A stretch of 64,000 nucleotides of DNA from Methanomassiliicoccaceae archaeon. GTDB taxonomy: Archaea; Thermoplasmatota; Thermoplasmata; Methanomassiliicoccales; Methanomassiliicoccaceae. The stretch spans positions 160,001-224,000 of the forward strand of contig CAVSJV010000007.1 of NCBI GenBank assembly GCA_963728405.1. The letters are read 5' to 3'. The notes beneath the pieces are model-generated. The model saw only the letters and a program-made list of their open reading frames with translations, had not been told where the DNA came from and ran no database searches. The translations under genes were made by a program, and so were the position numbers. Positions 38,707-49,100 of this stretch are shown in pieces (positions within the stretch are counted from its first letter, which is position 1; the number at the start of each line of letters is the position of its first letter).

Positions 38707-41013
38707 CTACTTCTTGCGTATGGCTTCGAGGATCATCCTCTGTTCCGCGGCGGCCACATGGTTCATGGTCTTCTGTACGGTGTCAGCGTTCAAGCTGATG
38801 GAATCTATCCCCGCCCGTACGAGGAACTCACAGAATTCGGGATAGACCGAAGGCGCTTGGCCGCAGATGCCCACCGGGACGCCCTTGTTGTGGGCGTGCT
38901 TGATGAGGTGGGCGATGGCCCGCTTGATCGCTAGGTTCCGCTCGTCGAAATAACCCATGCGGCCCAGGACGTCTGAGTCTCTGTCCGCGCCCATGGTGAG
39001 CTGTGTCAGGTCATTCGAGCCGATGGAGAAGCCATCGCAAACCTCGGCGAACTCTTCGGCCATGAATACGATGACCGGCACCTCGGCCATGAGATAAAGT
39101 TTGAAGTCGTCTCCGCGGTACAGACCGACGCCGTTCATCATCTGCTCGATCTTCTTGACCTCGTCCACCGTGCGGACGAAGGGCAGCATGACCCAGATGT
39201 TCTTCAGCCCCATCTCATCGCGAGCTTTCTTAACGGCCTTCAGCTCCGCCAGGAATGCATCGCGGTACGAGTCCGAGACGTACCTCGAGCAGCCACGCCA
39301 GCCGATCATGGGGTTCTGTTCCTTCGGCTCGTACTTGGAGCCGCCCTTCATGTCGTGATACTCGTTCGTCTTGAAGTCGGAGGTACGCAGGATGATCGGG
39401 CGGGGATAGAATGCCTTCGCGACCATCGAGATGCCCTGAGCGAGCTTGTCCACGAGCTCGCTCTCCCGTCCCTGCTCAATGAGGGAGCAGGGGTGCTCCT
39501 GGATGTAAGAGGTGAAGAGGAACTCGATGCGCATCAGGCCGACGCCCTGAACCGGCAATTGGGCGTACTCTTCAGCCTTCTGCGGCACGCCGACGTTCAC
39601 CATGATCTTGGTAGCGGTGATCGGCGCGGCAACGGAGGTGGCGATGGCTGCCACAACGGTCGGCTTGTCCCCCTTCTTCTCCATGCCCTCGTACACCACG
39701 CCCATCTGGCCATGGACGGTGACGCCCATGCCGTCCTTGAGCACCTTGGTTGCTTGCGTTGCACCGACAATGCACGGTATGCCCAGCTCGCGAGCGACGA
39801 TAGCTGCATGGCAGGTCATTCCGCCCTCGTCAGTGACAATGGCCACTGCCCTGCTCATGGCTGGGACCATGTCCGGGGAGGTCATCTGGGTTACCATTAT
39901 ATCGCCCTGCTTGACCACGTCCAGGCCCATGCATTCTTCGTAGATGCGCACCGGTCCGCAGGCGATCCCAGGGCTTGCTCCCAAGCCCTTCACCAGGATG
40001 CTCCTAGAGGCTTCCATCTTCTCTTCCTCCTTCTTGACTTCCTTCCCGCCGTTCTTGTCCTTGGAAAGGGTGGTGACCGGGCGGGCCTGCACGATGAACA
40101 TTTCGTCGCCCTCCTTGGCCCACTCGATGTCCATTGGGCGATCGTAATGCATCTCGATCTGGTTGCCGATCTCAGCTAAGTCCAGGATCTGTTCGTCGGT
40201 GAGCTTCTGCTTGTTGGCAAGGTTCGCGGGTACGTCCTTCTTCATGCACTCTCCGCTTTCACCCCGGACCAATTTCCAGGTCTGGTTGGAGATGCGCTTG
40301 TTGAGGATCTTGCGGTGGAATTTGTCCACGACGTAGGTGTCTGGAGTTACCTTTCCACCCACTAGCGCCTCTCCCAATCCGTACCCTGCCTCTATGATGA
40401 TGTGGGGAAGCTCGGAGTTGGGGTCGATGGTGAACATGATGCCAGAGTATTCGGAGTTGACCATGCGCTGGATGACCACCGCCAGCTTCACCTTGTCGTG
40501 TTCGAAGTTCTTCGATACGCGGTAGGCCAGGGCCCTGGGGGTGAAAAGGGAGGACCAACACTTCTTGACGCTCATTATTAGCGTCTTAGGCTCGGACACG
40601 TTCAGGTAGGTGTCCTGTTGTCCGGCGAACGACGCCGTCGGCAGGTCCTCGGCGGTTGCGGAGGACCGGACCGCCACTAGCGGGAAGGTGCCCTTGCCTA
40701 GCTTCCTATATTCCTCCACGATGGCGTCCTCGAGGTCCTTGGGCACTTCGCCCTGTTCGAACGCCTTCCGGATGCTGCTTGAGGCCTCCTGCAGCGCAAC
40801 ATCCGAGGACACATCGAGCGTGGCGAGAACGGTACTCAGGACCTCTTCTAGATTATTGTGCTTGAGAAAATAGTCATAAACTTCAGTGGTGAGCACGAAT
40901 CCCGGCGGTACTTCGAAACCCGCGGAGGTAAGCTCGCCAAGGTTCGCGGCCTTGCCGCCTGCGATCGGTATATCGTTCACTCCAAGGTTCTTGATGCTCA
41001 TTATCCGTTTCAT
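38707..41013 (-). CDS. ppsA: Phosphoenolpyruvate synthase
   Basis: GGKAANLGEL, AVRSSATAEDLP.ASFAGQQDT, GGMTCHAAIVARE, FSIGSNDLTQL. Confidence 0.95.
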   Translation of the reverse strand: MKRIMSIKNLGVNDIPIAGGKAANLGELTSAGFEVPPGFVLTTEVYDYFLKHNNLEEVLSTVLATLDVSSDVALQEASSSIRKAFEQGEVPKDLEDAIVEEYRKLGKGTFPLVAVRSSATAEDLPTASFAGQQDTYLNVSEPKTLIMSVKKCWSSLFTPRALAYRVSKNFEHDKVKLAVVIQRMVNSEYSGIMFTIDPNSELPHIIIEAGYGLGEALVGGKVTPDTYVVDKFHRKILNKRISNQTWKLVRGESGECMKKDVPANLANKQKLTDEQILDLAEIGNQIEMHYDRPMDIEWAKEGDEMFIVQARPVTTLSKDKNGGKEVKKEEEKMEASRSILVKGLGASPGIACGPVRIYEECMGLDVVKQGDIMVTQMTSPDMVPAMSRAVAIVTDEGGMTCHAAIVARELGIPCIVGATQATKVLKDGMGVTVHGQMGVVYEGMEKKGDKPTVVAAIATSVAAPITATKIMVNVGVPQKAEEYAQLPVQGVGLMRIEFLFTSYIQEHPCSLIEQGRESELVDKLAQGISMVAKAFYPRPIILRTSDFKTNEYHDMKGGSKYEPKEQNPMIGWRGCSRYVSDSYRDAFLAELKAVKKARDEMGLKNIWVMLPFVRTVDEVKKIEQMMNGVGLYRGDDFKLYLMAEVPVIVFMAEEFAEVCDGFSIGSNDLTQLTMGADRDSDVLGRMGYFDERNLAIKRAIAHLIKHAHNKGVPVGICGQAPSVYPEFCEFLVRAGIDSISLNADTVQKTMNHVAAAEQRMILEAIRKK

Positions 41014-41396
41014 GATTGATCCCCGGTCGGACTCCAGTCTTTACAAGGAGCGAGGGTCACATGATATGTTCCCACCTGATCGTGGGCTTCCCGCTCCTGC
41101 TACATGGCGCATCGTTCCTGCATCGTCCACCGCCGCCGCGAGGGTCTTACGCGATGTCCCGCCTCGTCCCTGAAAGGAGGTCATCGGATCAATGCAGGCG
41201 TGACTTCGGGCCGGTCCGGCCCTAGTGATTGTGGAGTAGGTCAGGGAACTATATCCCACTTTCGGGTTGGTCTTCGAAAAAATATATAATTTGCTTATTT
41301 TCCGACACATTTCTATTAGGGATATCGATATATGCAAAACCATCCCCTCTATACCAATGGCTTTGGCCAGAGTATGATATCTCGCACAAATGCCGA

Positions 41397-43097
41397 CTAG
41401 ATCACCAGGTTGGGGGCGAGTTCAAAGCCTTCGGTGATCCCGTTCTCTCTGAGGCAATTCGCGAGATCAGAGGTCAACTGCCCCATATCGGCGGCTGAGA
41501 ACGTGGTCCCGGGGCTCTTCTTCTCCATGATGATGAAGAAACGGCGAAGGGTTTCCGCGGTCACCAGCTCGGCTGAGAAATTCACGCAAATCACGATCTC
41601 CCGCGCTCCTGCGATCTGGCACGCTTCCACGGCCACTGTGATGCTGCCCGCATCGATGCGGTCGTCGGTCGCTTTTATTAGGAAAGCGAAATATGGTCCG
41701 ATCATCAGCCCCGCGTAGTTCGGCCCAGCCAGGTTCAGTCGCCTGAGGCCGCCCCGGCCCGCCAGCGCTTTCATCATGTTCCGATATTTGGGGGGCCAGG
41801 TGCTCCGGGAAGGGACGCTATTCTTTAGCGATTCCATCATTCGTATGATCGTCTCTGGCGATATCCCCTGCTCCTGAACATGGGACATGAACCTCAGGCT
41901 ACCAAGACCGCTGTCGTTGAGCGTGGGTAGGGGGCTTCCACCCTCCTGCGTGGGCGTAGCCCTGCGAGCCTGGCGGGAGAACCATTCCTTAGTGGAGGAG
42001 CTCAGGACCTTCCATTCCTCATCGCAGCAGATCAGGAGCTCCTCGGCCATCGGGACCTTCTTTTCCACCACTTCCTCCACCACCTTCCGTTTGACCGCAT
42101 CCATGGTGTTCCAGGATCCCAGGACATGGCGCTTGGCGTAAGTGGACTGGAAATGGGCGGCCAACAGGTTGACCAGCTCGGTCTGGGCCAACATGGAACG
42201 GTTGCCGCCACCGCCCACCATGGTGGCCCACCGCCTGGACTCGTTGCCGGATATGGCGGCATCATTGGCCAGCTTTCGCAGATGCGCTTCATGCATGTCC
42301 TGGGCCCGGCCGGGGGACGGCTCCAGTGTGGCCATGATACGCAACTGGGCCATCCTCAGGCGGCAGACCAAATAATGACAGATCATGTGGACCTCGGGGT
42401 CCGGCTGCCCGGTGTTCTCTTGCACCCTCCTCAGGCCTTCCACCTGGTCGGTGATGGCTTGGATGTGCTCGACCCGCAGCTCCATCAGGAAATGGCTCTG
42501 CACCATCCTAATATAATGACGTTGCAGCATGATGCGGACGAACTCGATCACCACCTTCCCGACCGCCTCCTGGGCCACGGGGTCGGGATGCTCCTTGAGC
42601 ATCAGGTTGAGGCGGGCCGAGAAGCTGAAGAACCCTACCGTGGCGCTGTTGATGTTGAATCCCATGGTCTGATGGAGCTGCCCTACGGTCCCCTCGTAGC
42701 GTTCCATCATCTGGCCGAACTCCTTCACCGCATAGGGCTGAACGCCCTGGCGTTCCATGAGCTTGCCTAGCGATTGCACTAGGACCATGAACGCCCCGTT
42801 AGGGTCATCGTCCGCCCTTTGGCGATATTTTAGCCAAAGATAATTGTGCTCCATGTGTAGGCTGGAACCTCGGTCCTTGTTGTCGGTGAAGAACGACAGC
42901 ATCCGGATGTACTGCTCATCGATCCTCTTCATGAGCGTAGCGGCCAGCGTTCCACGGGGGTCGTCGTTCAACGCCCTGTTAGCCTCTTCATACAAGGCTC
43001 CGAACTCACGCTCTTGTTGGGTGAGAGCGTTCTGACCTCCGCTGATGAAGTAGTTGCGGGTGAGGCGGGCCGAGCTGACGCGGTCCTTTTCATTCAT
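41397..43097 (-). CDS. Hypothetical 566-aa protein: helical N-terminus, possible degenerate restriction-endonuclease-like C-terminal domain
   Basis: Long intact ORF; C-terminal alpha/beta pattern FAFLIKA...IDAGSI...GAREIVIC. Confidence 0.6.
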   Translation of the reverse strand: MNEKDRVSSARLTRNYFISGGQNALTQQEREFGALYEEANRALNDDPRGTLAATLMKRIDEQYIRMLSFFTDNKDRGSSLHMEHNYLWLKYRQRADDDPNGAFMVLVQSLGKLMERQGVQPYAVKEFGQMMERYEGTVGQLHQTMGFNINSATVGFFSFSARLNLMLKEHPDPVAQEAVGKVVIEFVRIMLQRHYIRMVQSHFLMELRVEHIQAITDQVEGLRRVQENTGQPDPEVHMICHYLVCRLRMAQLRIMATLEPSPGRAQDMHEAHLRKLANDAAISGNESRRWATMVGGGGNRSMLAQTELVNLLAAHFQSTYAKRHVLGSWNTMDAVKRKVVEEVVEKKVPMAEELLICCDEEWKVLSSSTKEWFSRQARRATPTQEGGSPLPTLNDSGLGSLRFMSHVQEQGISPETIIRMMESLKNSVPSRSTWPPKYRNMMKALAGRGGLRRLNLAGPNYAGLMIGPYFAFLIKATDDRIDAGSITVAVEACQIAGAREIVICVNFSAELVTAETLRRFFIIMEKKSPGTTFSAADMGQLTSDLANCLRENGITEGFELAPNLVI

Positions 43098-43269
43098 CGT
43101 CTTTCCCGGGGCAGCCCTTCTTTTTCTTCTTCCTCTCCTCGGTCCTTCTGAATCTCATCCAGCTCCGGTTCTTCAATAATCGATCGACCAGGAGCACCAC
43201 GACTACCATCAGCAGGAGCAGAACGAGCAGATTAACTATGAAATCCTCAGGGCCTGAAAGCGAGGCCAT
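43090..43269 (-). CDS. 59-aa single-TM protein with a basic tail (not in the ORF track)
   Basis: MASLSGPEDFIVNLLVLLLLMVVVVLLVDRLLKNRSWMRFRRTEERKKKKKGCPGKDDE; overlaps the start of the 566-aa ORF by 8 bp. Confidence 0.6.
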   Translation of the reverse strand: MASLSGPEDFIVNLLVLLLLMVVVVLLVDRLLKNRSWMRFRRTEERKKKKKGCPGKDDE

Positions 43270-43499
43270 CAGCTAATGCATCTCGGGCGGCGATGCACTG
43301 CAGGCATAATAATGGTGGCGACACCGCTCGGTACGGTCAGGAGTATCGCTAAAAAGGAACTTGTTACGATATCCTTCAACCATTTCCGGATATCAAAGGA
43401 TATATTTTGATTATTCGCAGAAATGTGTGCCTAAAAAAGCTGTTTTTAAGATAGAGTTAAATATTTTCAAGAATACACGGAGCCCAGCGAGGGAATAAG

Positions 43500-44060
43500 T
43501 TGAGGACATTGGAGATCAGATGGCACGGCAGGGGTGGACAAGGCGTCGTCACCGCGAACGAGATCCTGGCCGGAGCCGCGCTCCAGGAAGGCAAGTATAT
43601 GAAGGCCTTTCCGGAGTTCGGCCCTGAGCGTATGGGAGCGCCCATCCGGGCCTTTGCCAGGGTATCGGACGAACCGATCCGGGTGCACAGCCAGGTGTAC
43701 TTCCCCGACTATGTGATCGTGTTGGACCCTACCCTCATTGGGAACGTGAACGTGCTCGAGGGGATGAAGAAGGAAGGCGCATTGGTGGCCAACTTCCCCG
43801 ATGGGAAGGAGAGTCTTCGGAGAGCCCTGGGCACTGACCTGGATGTCCATGCCGTGAACGCTACCAAGATCGCGTTGGAGACCATCGGCAAGCCGTTGGC
43901 CAACACGGCCATGTTGGGCGCCCTGGTGAAGGTATCGGGCGTCTTGGACCTTGATAGCGTCAAGGTCGAGCTACGGTCCAAGCTGGGAGGAAAACTTCCA
44001 GAGAAGGTCGTGGAGAAGAACATCCTGAGCGTTCAAAGAGCGTACGAGGAGGTGGACTGA
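43500..44060 (+). CDS. porC: Pyruvate:ferredoxin oxidoreductase gamma subunit
   Basis: EIRWHGRGGQGVVT, FPEFGPERMGAP, NTAMLGAL. Confidence 0.9.
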   Translation: MRTLEIRWHGRGGQGVVTANEILAGAALQEGKYMKAFPEFGPERMGAPIRAFARVSDEPIRVHSQVYFPDYVIVLDPTLIGNVNVLEGMKKEGALVANFPDGKESLRRALGTDLDVHAVNATKIALETIGKPLANTAMLGALVKVSGVLDLDSVKVELRSKLGGKLPEKVVEKNILSVQRAYEEVD

Positions 44061-44323
44061 TGTCGGCCAAGACCTCGGTCATTATGGACCCCGGCACCGC
44101 CAAGGCTTACCAGACCGGTTCCTGGAGATCCAAGCGCCCGGTGGTGGACAAGGAGAAGTGCATCAACTGCCTGGTCTGCTGGATGTATTGTCCGGATAAC
44201 TCGATCCTTGTGGAGAAGGGAGAGATGAAAGGTATAAAATTGTCACACTGCAAGGGCTGCGGCATATGCGCCCACCAATGTCCAAAGGACGCCATAACCA
44301 TGGTCGAGGAGGGAGAGAAGTGA
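44060..44323 (+). CDS. porD: Pyruvate:ferredoxin oxidoreductase delta subunit
   Basis: TGSWRSKRP, CINCLVCWMYCPD, CKGCGICAHQCP. Confidence 0.9.
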   Translation: MSAKTSVIMDPGTAKAYQTGSWRSKRPVVDKEKCINCLVCWMYCPDNSILVEKGEMKGIKLSHCKGCGICAHQCPKDAITMVEEGEK

Positions 44324-45481
44324 AGCGGATAGCCGTCAATGGTGACCAGGGGGTCGCCCTGTCCTGGAAGCAAGTGAACCCAGACGTCTGCGCATCATAC
44401 CCCATCACCCCGCAGACCATCATCGTGGAGGCGTTCTCGGACTATGTCGCCAATGGCGAGGTGGACACCGAGTACGTTTGCAGTGAATCAGAGCACAGCT
44501 CCATGAGCATCTGCATCGGCGCCACCGCGGCCGGGGCAAGGTCCGTCACCGCCACCGCATCAGCCGGGCTAGCTTACATGTGGGAGATGCTGTACATCGC
44601 CGCATCGATGCGCATGCCCATCGTCATGACCGTGGCCAACCGTGCGTTGTCCGGTCCGATCAACATCCACTGCGACCACTCCGATGCCATGGGCGCGAGG
44701 GACAGTGGGTGGATCCAGATATTCGGAGAGAATGTGCAGGAGGCCTACGACAACTCGCTTATGTCCTTCCGCATCGCCGAGCACATGGATGTCCGCCTGC
44801 CGATCATGAACTGTCTAGATGGCTTCATCGTTACCCATGCCATCGAGTCCCTGACCCCGCTGGACGACGATGTGGCCAGGAAGTTCGTGGGTGAGTTCAA
44901 GCCGATCCATCCTCTTCTGGACTACAAGAACCCGCACAGCTTCGGGCCGTTCGACATGCCTGAGTACTATTACGAGCACAAATACCAGCAGGCCATGGCT
45001 ATGAACAATGCCCTGCCAGTGATCAAGGAAGTGTTCGGGGAGTTCGAGAAGCTCACCGGGCGCAAGTACGATTTCATCGAGACCTACCGGACCGAGGATG
45101 CCGACTATGTCGCGATATCTATGGGTTCGACCGCTGGGACCATGAAACAGGTGGTCGACGACATGAGGAAGGAAGGGCACAAGGTCGGTTGTATCAAGGT
45201 GCGGGTGTTCCGTCCGTTCCCGTATGCGGAAGTGGCCAAGGCCCTAGGAGGGCAAGAAGGCCATTGCAGTCATGGACCGGGCTATCAGCTTCGGGGCCAT
45301 GGGGCCGCTGTTCGCAGACGTCCGCTCGGCGGAGTTCGATAACCGCAGCCACCCCCGTACCGTCAGCTACGTCTACGGTCTAGGGGGAAGGGATGTGGGC
45401 GTCGAGGACCTCAAGGTCGTGTTCAGGGAGCTTGAGTCTGGAAAGGCCAAGACCATCAACTATCTGGGGGTGAAGCAATGA
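44320..45481 (+). CDS. porA: Pyruvate:ferredoxin oxidoreductase alpha subunit (apparent one-base frameshift near 45247)
   Basis: YPITPQT, ESEHS, TATASAGL, NRALSGPINIHCDH; the C-terminus (AVMDRAISFG...YGLGGRD) continues in another frame. Confidence 0.88.
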
Positions 45482-46419
45482 TATCGATCAAGGAAATGGC
45501 CGAAAGGCCGGTCCGGCTCACCGAAGGGCACCGCCTATGCGCCGGTTGCTCCGAGCCGATCATCGCCAAGCAGGTGCTACTGGGGACCGATAAGCCAGTG
45601 ATCGTTTCCAACGCTACCGGTTGTTTCGAGGTCTCCACATCGGGGTTCCCATATTCGGCTTGGAACGTCCCATGGATCCACAGTGCTTTCGAGAACGCCG
45701 CGGCCACCATATCGGGGGTCGAGGCCGCCTACCAGGTCCTGAAGAGGAAGGGCAAGGTCCAGGACGATATGCGGTTCGTGGCCTTTGCCGGCGACGGGGG
45801 CACATACGATATCGGGTTCCAGGCACTGTCGGGAGCCATAGAGCGGGGCCATCAGTTCATGTTCGTCTGCATGAACAACGAGGCGTACATGAACACCGGC
45901 ATCCAGAGAAGCGGAGCCACCGGAAGGGGAGCGTCGACCACCACCTGCCCGTCGGGTTCATGCATTCCGGGAAAGAAAGAGTTCCCCAAGGACATCACCA
46001 AGATCATCGCCGCTCACGAGCTACCCTATGCGGCGCAGGCGTCCCCGCACAACTATAAGGACCTCATCGAGAAGGCCGGCAAGGGCTTCGAGGCCAACGG
46101 CCCCGCCTTCCTGAACGTGATAGCCCCCTGCCCCCGTGGCTGGAGGTACGATTCGCCCCAGACCATCGAGATCGCCCAGCTGGCGGTGGAGACCTGCCTA
46201 TGGCCCCTCTACGAGTACGACCGCGGAAAGTGGGTGCTCACGGCCGAGAGCAAGCGCATCGCCGAGGGTAAGAAGGAGAAGCGCCCAATCTTGGACTGGC
46301 TCAAATCCCAGGGACGTTTCAAGCACCTCCTCGATCCTAAGTGGAAGAGCGTGGCCGATGAGATCCAGGCCAACGTGGACCGCAAATGGGATGAGCTGCT
46401 CCGCCTGGCGAAGCAGTAA
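45478..46419 (+). CDS. porB: Pyruvate:ferredoxin oxidoreductase beta subunit
   Basis: GHRLCAGC, FENAAA, GDGGTYDIG, NNEAYMNTGIQRS, PCPRGW. Confidence 0.92.
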   Translation: MISIKEMAERPVRLTEGHRLCAGCSEPIIAKQVLLGTDKPVIVSNATGCFEVSTSGFPYSAWNVPWIHSAFENAAATISGVEAAYQVLKRKGKVQDDMRFVAFAGDGGTYDIGFQALSGAIERGHQFMFVCMNNEAYMNTGIQRSGATGRGASTTTCPSGSCIPGKKEFPKDITKIIAAHELPYAAQASPHNYKDLIEKAGKGFEANGPAFLNVIAPCPRGWRYDSPQTIEIAQLAVETCLWPLYEYDRGKWVLTAESKRIAEGKKEKRPILDWLKSQGRFKHLLDPKWKSVADEIQANVDRKWDELLRLAKQ

Positions 46420-46617
46420 GTCTAAACAACTTCCCTCGATTTTTCCTTTTTTCCTTGTCCATTGCGGACGGTACGCATCGACCTGTACCCGACCCCCTAC
46501 TTCAGACCGTCGATCAGGTGAGAACCGATATCTCTGAAGGACCGCTCATTCATCATTCCGTCTTTCAGAGCTTCGCTCGTGAGTGAGGGGAACATGACCC
46601 CCCGCCGCTAGAAGAAA

Positions 46618-47331
46618 TTAAGCGGCTGGTTTTTCTCGGCAGGACGGGATCGCCCTTTCTTTCAGCTTCTCCAGTATCTTAACGGTCCTTTCTAGCGTAT
46701 CGGCGCGGAACCCCAGCAACATCTCTTCAGGCGCAATGTCGGTGGCCTTCCTGCATCCGTAGCAGCCGAGGGAGAGATTGGGGACACCAGTGGTATAGGG
46801 TAGGATGGTGGAATCGGCGCAGCTCGCTTGGAACGATGCGGTCTCGATCGTCACCCTTCCGCCCTTCTCATAGGTTGCTACGGCTGGCATTAGCCAGTAC
46901 AGCTGTTCTGGGGTTCCCGTGACAACAATGACATCCGGGTCGATCTTCACTTTGCTCAAGGGGCACACCAGCGTCCCTTCCAAGCTCTCTGGTTCCAGGG
47001 CCGGTCGGACATCCATGGTATGCTTGGCCGCCTCCTCGCTCTCGTACATCCCCAATGTAAAATGGAACTTACCCGAAGCGACCTTTTCGGGGATGGGCAT
47101 AAGACCAAGGGCGGACGCCCCCACCGGACATGCATGTTTGCTGGCCGGAAGAAGCAAACATTCTCCCTTTCTCGCCCTCATAATAGATTGGCAATGTCTG
47201 ATGCTCTTAACTGGCTCTGGATAGCCGGTGGGGAGCGGCTCCCCCTTCTTGATCAGTTTGACCGCTACGGGCTCATATTTCAGTCCAAGTATCTCGACGA
47301 TCTTCCTTGAGCACTCAGCATAGTCTATCAC
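46618..47331 (-). CDS. DUF169-family protein
   Basis: PVAVKL, RHCQ, ACPVGASALG, PDVIVV.G.PEQ, SLGCYGCR. Confidence 0.8.
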   Translation of the reverse strand: MIDYAECSRKIVEILGLKYEPVAVKLIKKGEPLPTGYPEPVKSIRHCQSIMRARKGECLLLPASKHACPVGASALGLMPIPEKVASGKFHFTLGMYESEEAAKHTMDVRPALEPESLEGTLVCPLSKVKIDPDVIVVTGTPEQLYWLMPAVATYEKGGRVTIETASFQASCADSTILPYTTGVPNLSLGCYGCRKATDIAPEEMLLGFRADTLERTVKILEKLKERAIPSCREKPAA

Positions 47332-48182
47332 AGTAACGCCGTTAAATGGAGGTCAATTTCACGTATTAATACATCATTCACGAGCTATCGATGAGTTACG
47401 ATTCTGTCAGGTCCAATGAGCGTCGACCTCTGGTCAGGATAAAATCGCCCCCTTCCTGAGCATGATGCGGTAGGGGCCGCCAAGAACTGACCGCCGCGGA
47501 CAATGTCACCTCGCTGGGAAGGCGAACCCGGCACTACTGTTGAGGCCGATATCCCAAGGTTATGGTGCCGTTGGCGGGGCCGGGATGGACTGGTAGGAAC
47601 GGCCTCTCGGCACCCCATGGCATGGGCCTCGAGCAAGGATTGGGACCATGCTGACCGATACATCGAAAACTGCCTCATGCGGGCTCTAAAACGCTCACTA
47701 GCTTTCCAAGACCATCTAGGAGAACGAGAAGTGGGCATCGACAGGGCCAAGCATGGTAAGCGCTAGAATACATTGATCGGTGACGGTTCCCGCCTGAGGC
47801 GGCATGAGGTAGGTGCATAGCTACCTGCCCGGGGCCTTTTCCGGCCTCGGGTCAATGGCAATGGCCTTTGGAACAGAAGGGTCCAGGTATAAGGATACTA
47901 AATATGGAGCAAGGGCGCTTGGAAAATCTTTTCCAGTAACTGGCGAGGCGATGTCCCCGATCGTGGTAATGGCAAGACGGCCACCACTGTTATCGTTATC
48001 TTACGAGATCCGAGACGGAGAGCGATGGCGTCTTGCGATCGCGGTTCAACCTCTCCTATTCCATAGGTATCGAACACGAACAGGATTGTATGAGGGATTA
48101 CATTTATCCTGGATTAAGGACATGACCTCGGGCAAAGAACATACGAGGATCGATTTGAAAAAATCGAAACACGGGTGAACTA

Positions 48183-48830
48183 ATGAATTTTCCGAGATGT
48201 GATAGATGCGGCGATGCTGGCTGTAAGGTCGGCGAGCCAGGCAAGTTCAAGGACTGCCCCACCAATGTTTCTGACATAAAGCGTGAGGAGATCATCGAAC
48301 GCTATAATGACCCTGAGACCCAGAAGGTCATGCAGACCGCTGCCAAGGTGGAGAGGGGCACCATGCAGCCAGTTAACGGTGTGATGACGCCGATCCGGCC
48401 GCGCATCTCCGAGATCATGGTCTTCGCGGACCAGATGGGCTATAAGAAGATCGGAGTGGCCTTCTGTTTGGCCGCGAGGGATGAGGCCATCAAGCTGACC
48501 AAGGTCCTGGAGGCCCGCGGCTTCGAGGTATGCTCGGTCATCTGCCGCAACTTCTCAATGAAGAAGGGAGAGTTCGGTATTGCCAAGGAGGACTGCATCA
48601 AGAGCGAGAATGAAACTGTCTGCAATCCGGTCTATCAGGCTGAATTGCTGAACGAGGCAGGGACCCAGCTCAATATCGTCGTCGGGCTCTGCGTCGGGCA
48701 CGACATGCTGTTCTCCAAGAACTCCAAGGCCTACGTGACCACATTGTCAGTGAAGGACCGCATGACTGGGAACAACGCCATTGCGCCGCTGTACTCCGGG
48801 TTCTTCACCGAGATACTCAAGAAATACTAA
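48183..48830 (+). CDS. DUF1847-family Cys-rich metal-binding protein
   Basis: GYKKIGVAFC, SVIC, CNPVYQA, VGLCVGHD, KDR. Confidence 0.8.
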   Translation: MNFPRCDRCGDAGCKVGEPGKFKDCPTNVSDIKREEIIERYNDPETQKVMQTAAKVERGTMQPVNGVMTPIRPRISEIMVFADQMGYKKIGVAFCLAARDEAIKLTKVLEARGFEVCSVICRNFSMKKGEFGIAKEDCIKSENETVCNPVYQAELLNEAGTQLNIVVGLCVGHDMLFSKNSKAYVTTLSVKDRMTGNNAIAPLYSGFFTEILKKY

Positions 48831-48866
48831 AAAACAAGGGGGGGCGGACCCCTTTACTTTTCTTCT

Positions 48867-49094
48867 CTACTCGATGAGTTCTTCCTGATCGAGCATCTCT
48901 CCCCACAGCTTCAACGTCTCCCTGGCCTCCTCCTCGTCCATCTTCTCGATGGCGAAGCCGGCGTGGACGACTACCCACTCGCCGACCTTGGCGTCAACCA
49001 GCGAAACGTTCACCTTTCTGAGCACTCCGCCGAAATCGACATTGGCCTGGCTACCTTCGACGGATATAACTTGACCTGGTACAGCTAAGCACAT
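48867..49094 (-). CDS. hypC: Hydrogenase maturation chaperone HypC
   Basis: MCLAVPG, VGEWVVVHAGFAI. Confidence 0.93.
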   Translation of the reverse strand: MCLAVPGQVISVEGSQANVDFGGVLRKVNVSLVDAKVGEWVVVHAGFAIEKMDEEEARETLKLWGEMLDQEELIE

Positions 49095-49100
49095 GGTTCC

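Noticed and set aside
41040-41240. SRP RNA, RNase P RNA or hammerhead ribozyme identity for the ppsA upstream structure
   Set aside because: The diagnostic conserved motifs (SRP helix 8, RNase P GAGGAAAGUCC, hammerhead CUGAUGA/GAAA) are not present
46495-46570. Possible C/D-box sRNA (ATGATGA...CTGA on the minus strand) or 11-bp hairpin after porB
   Set aside because: No clear C' box or identifiable guide target; could simply be terminator sequence between convergent genes
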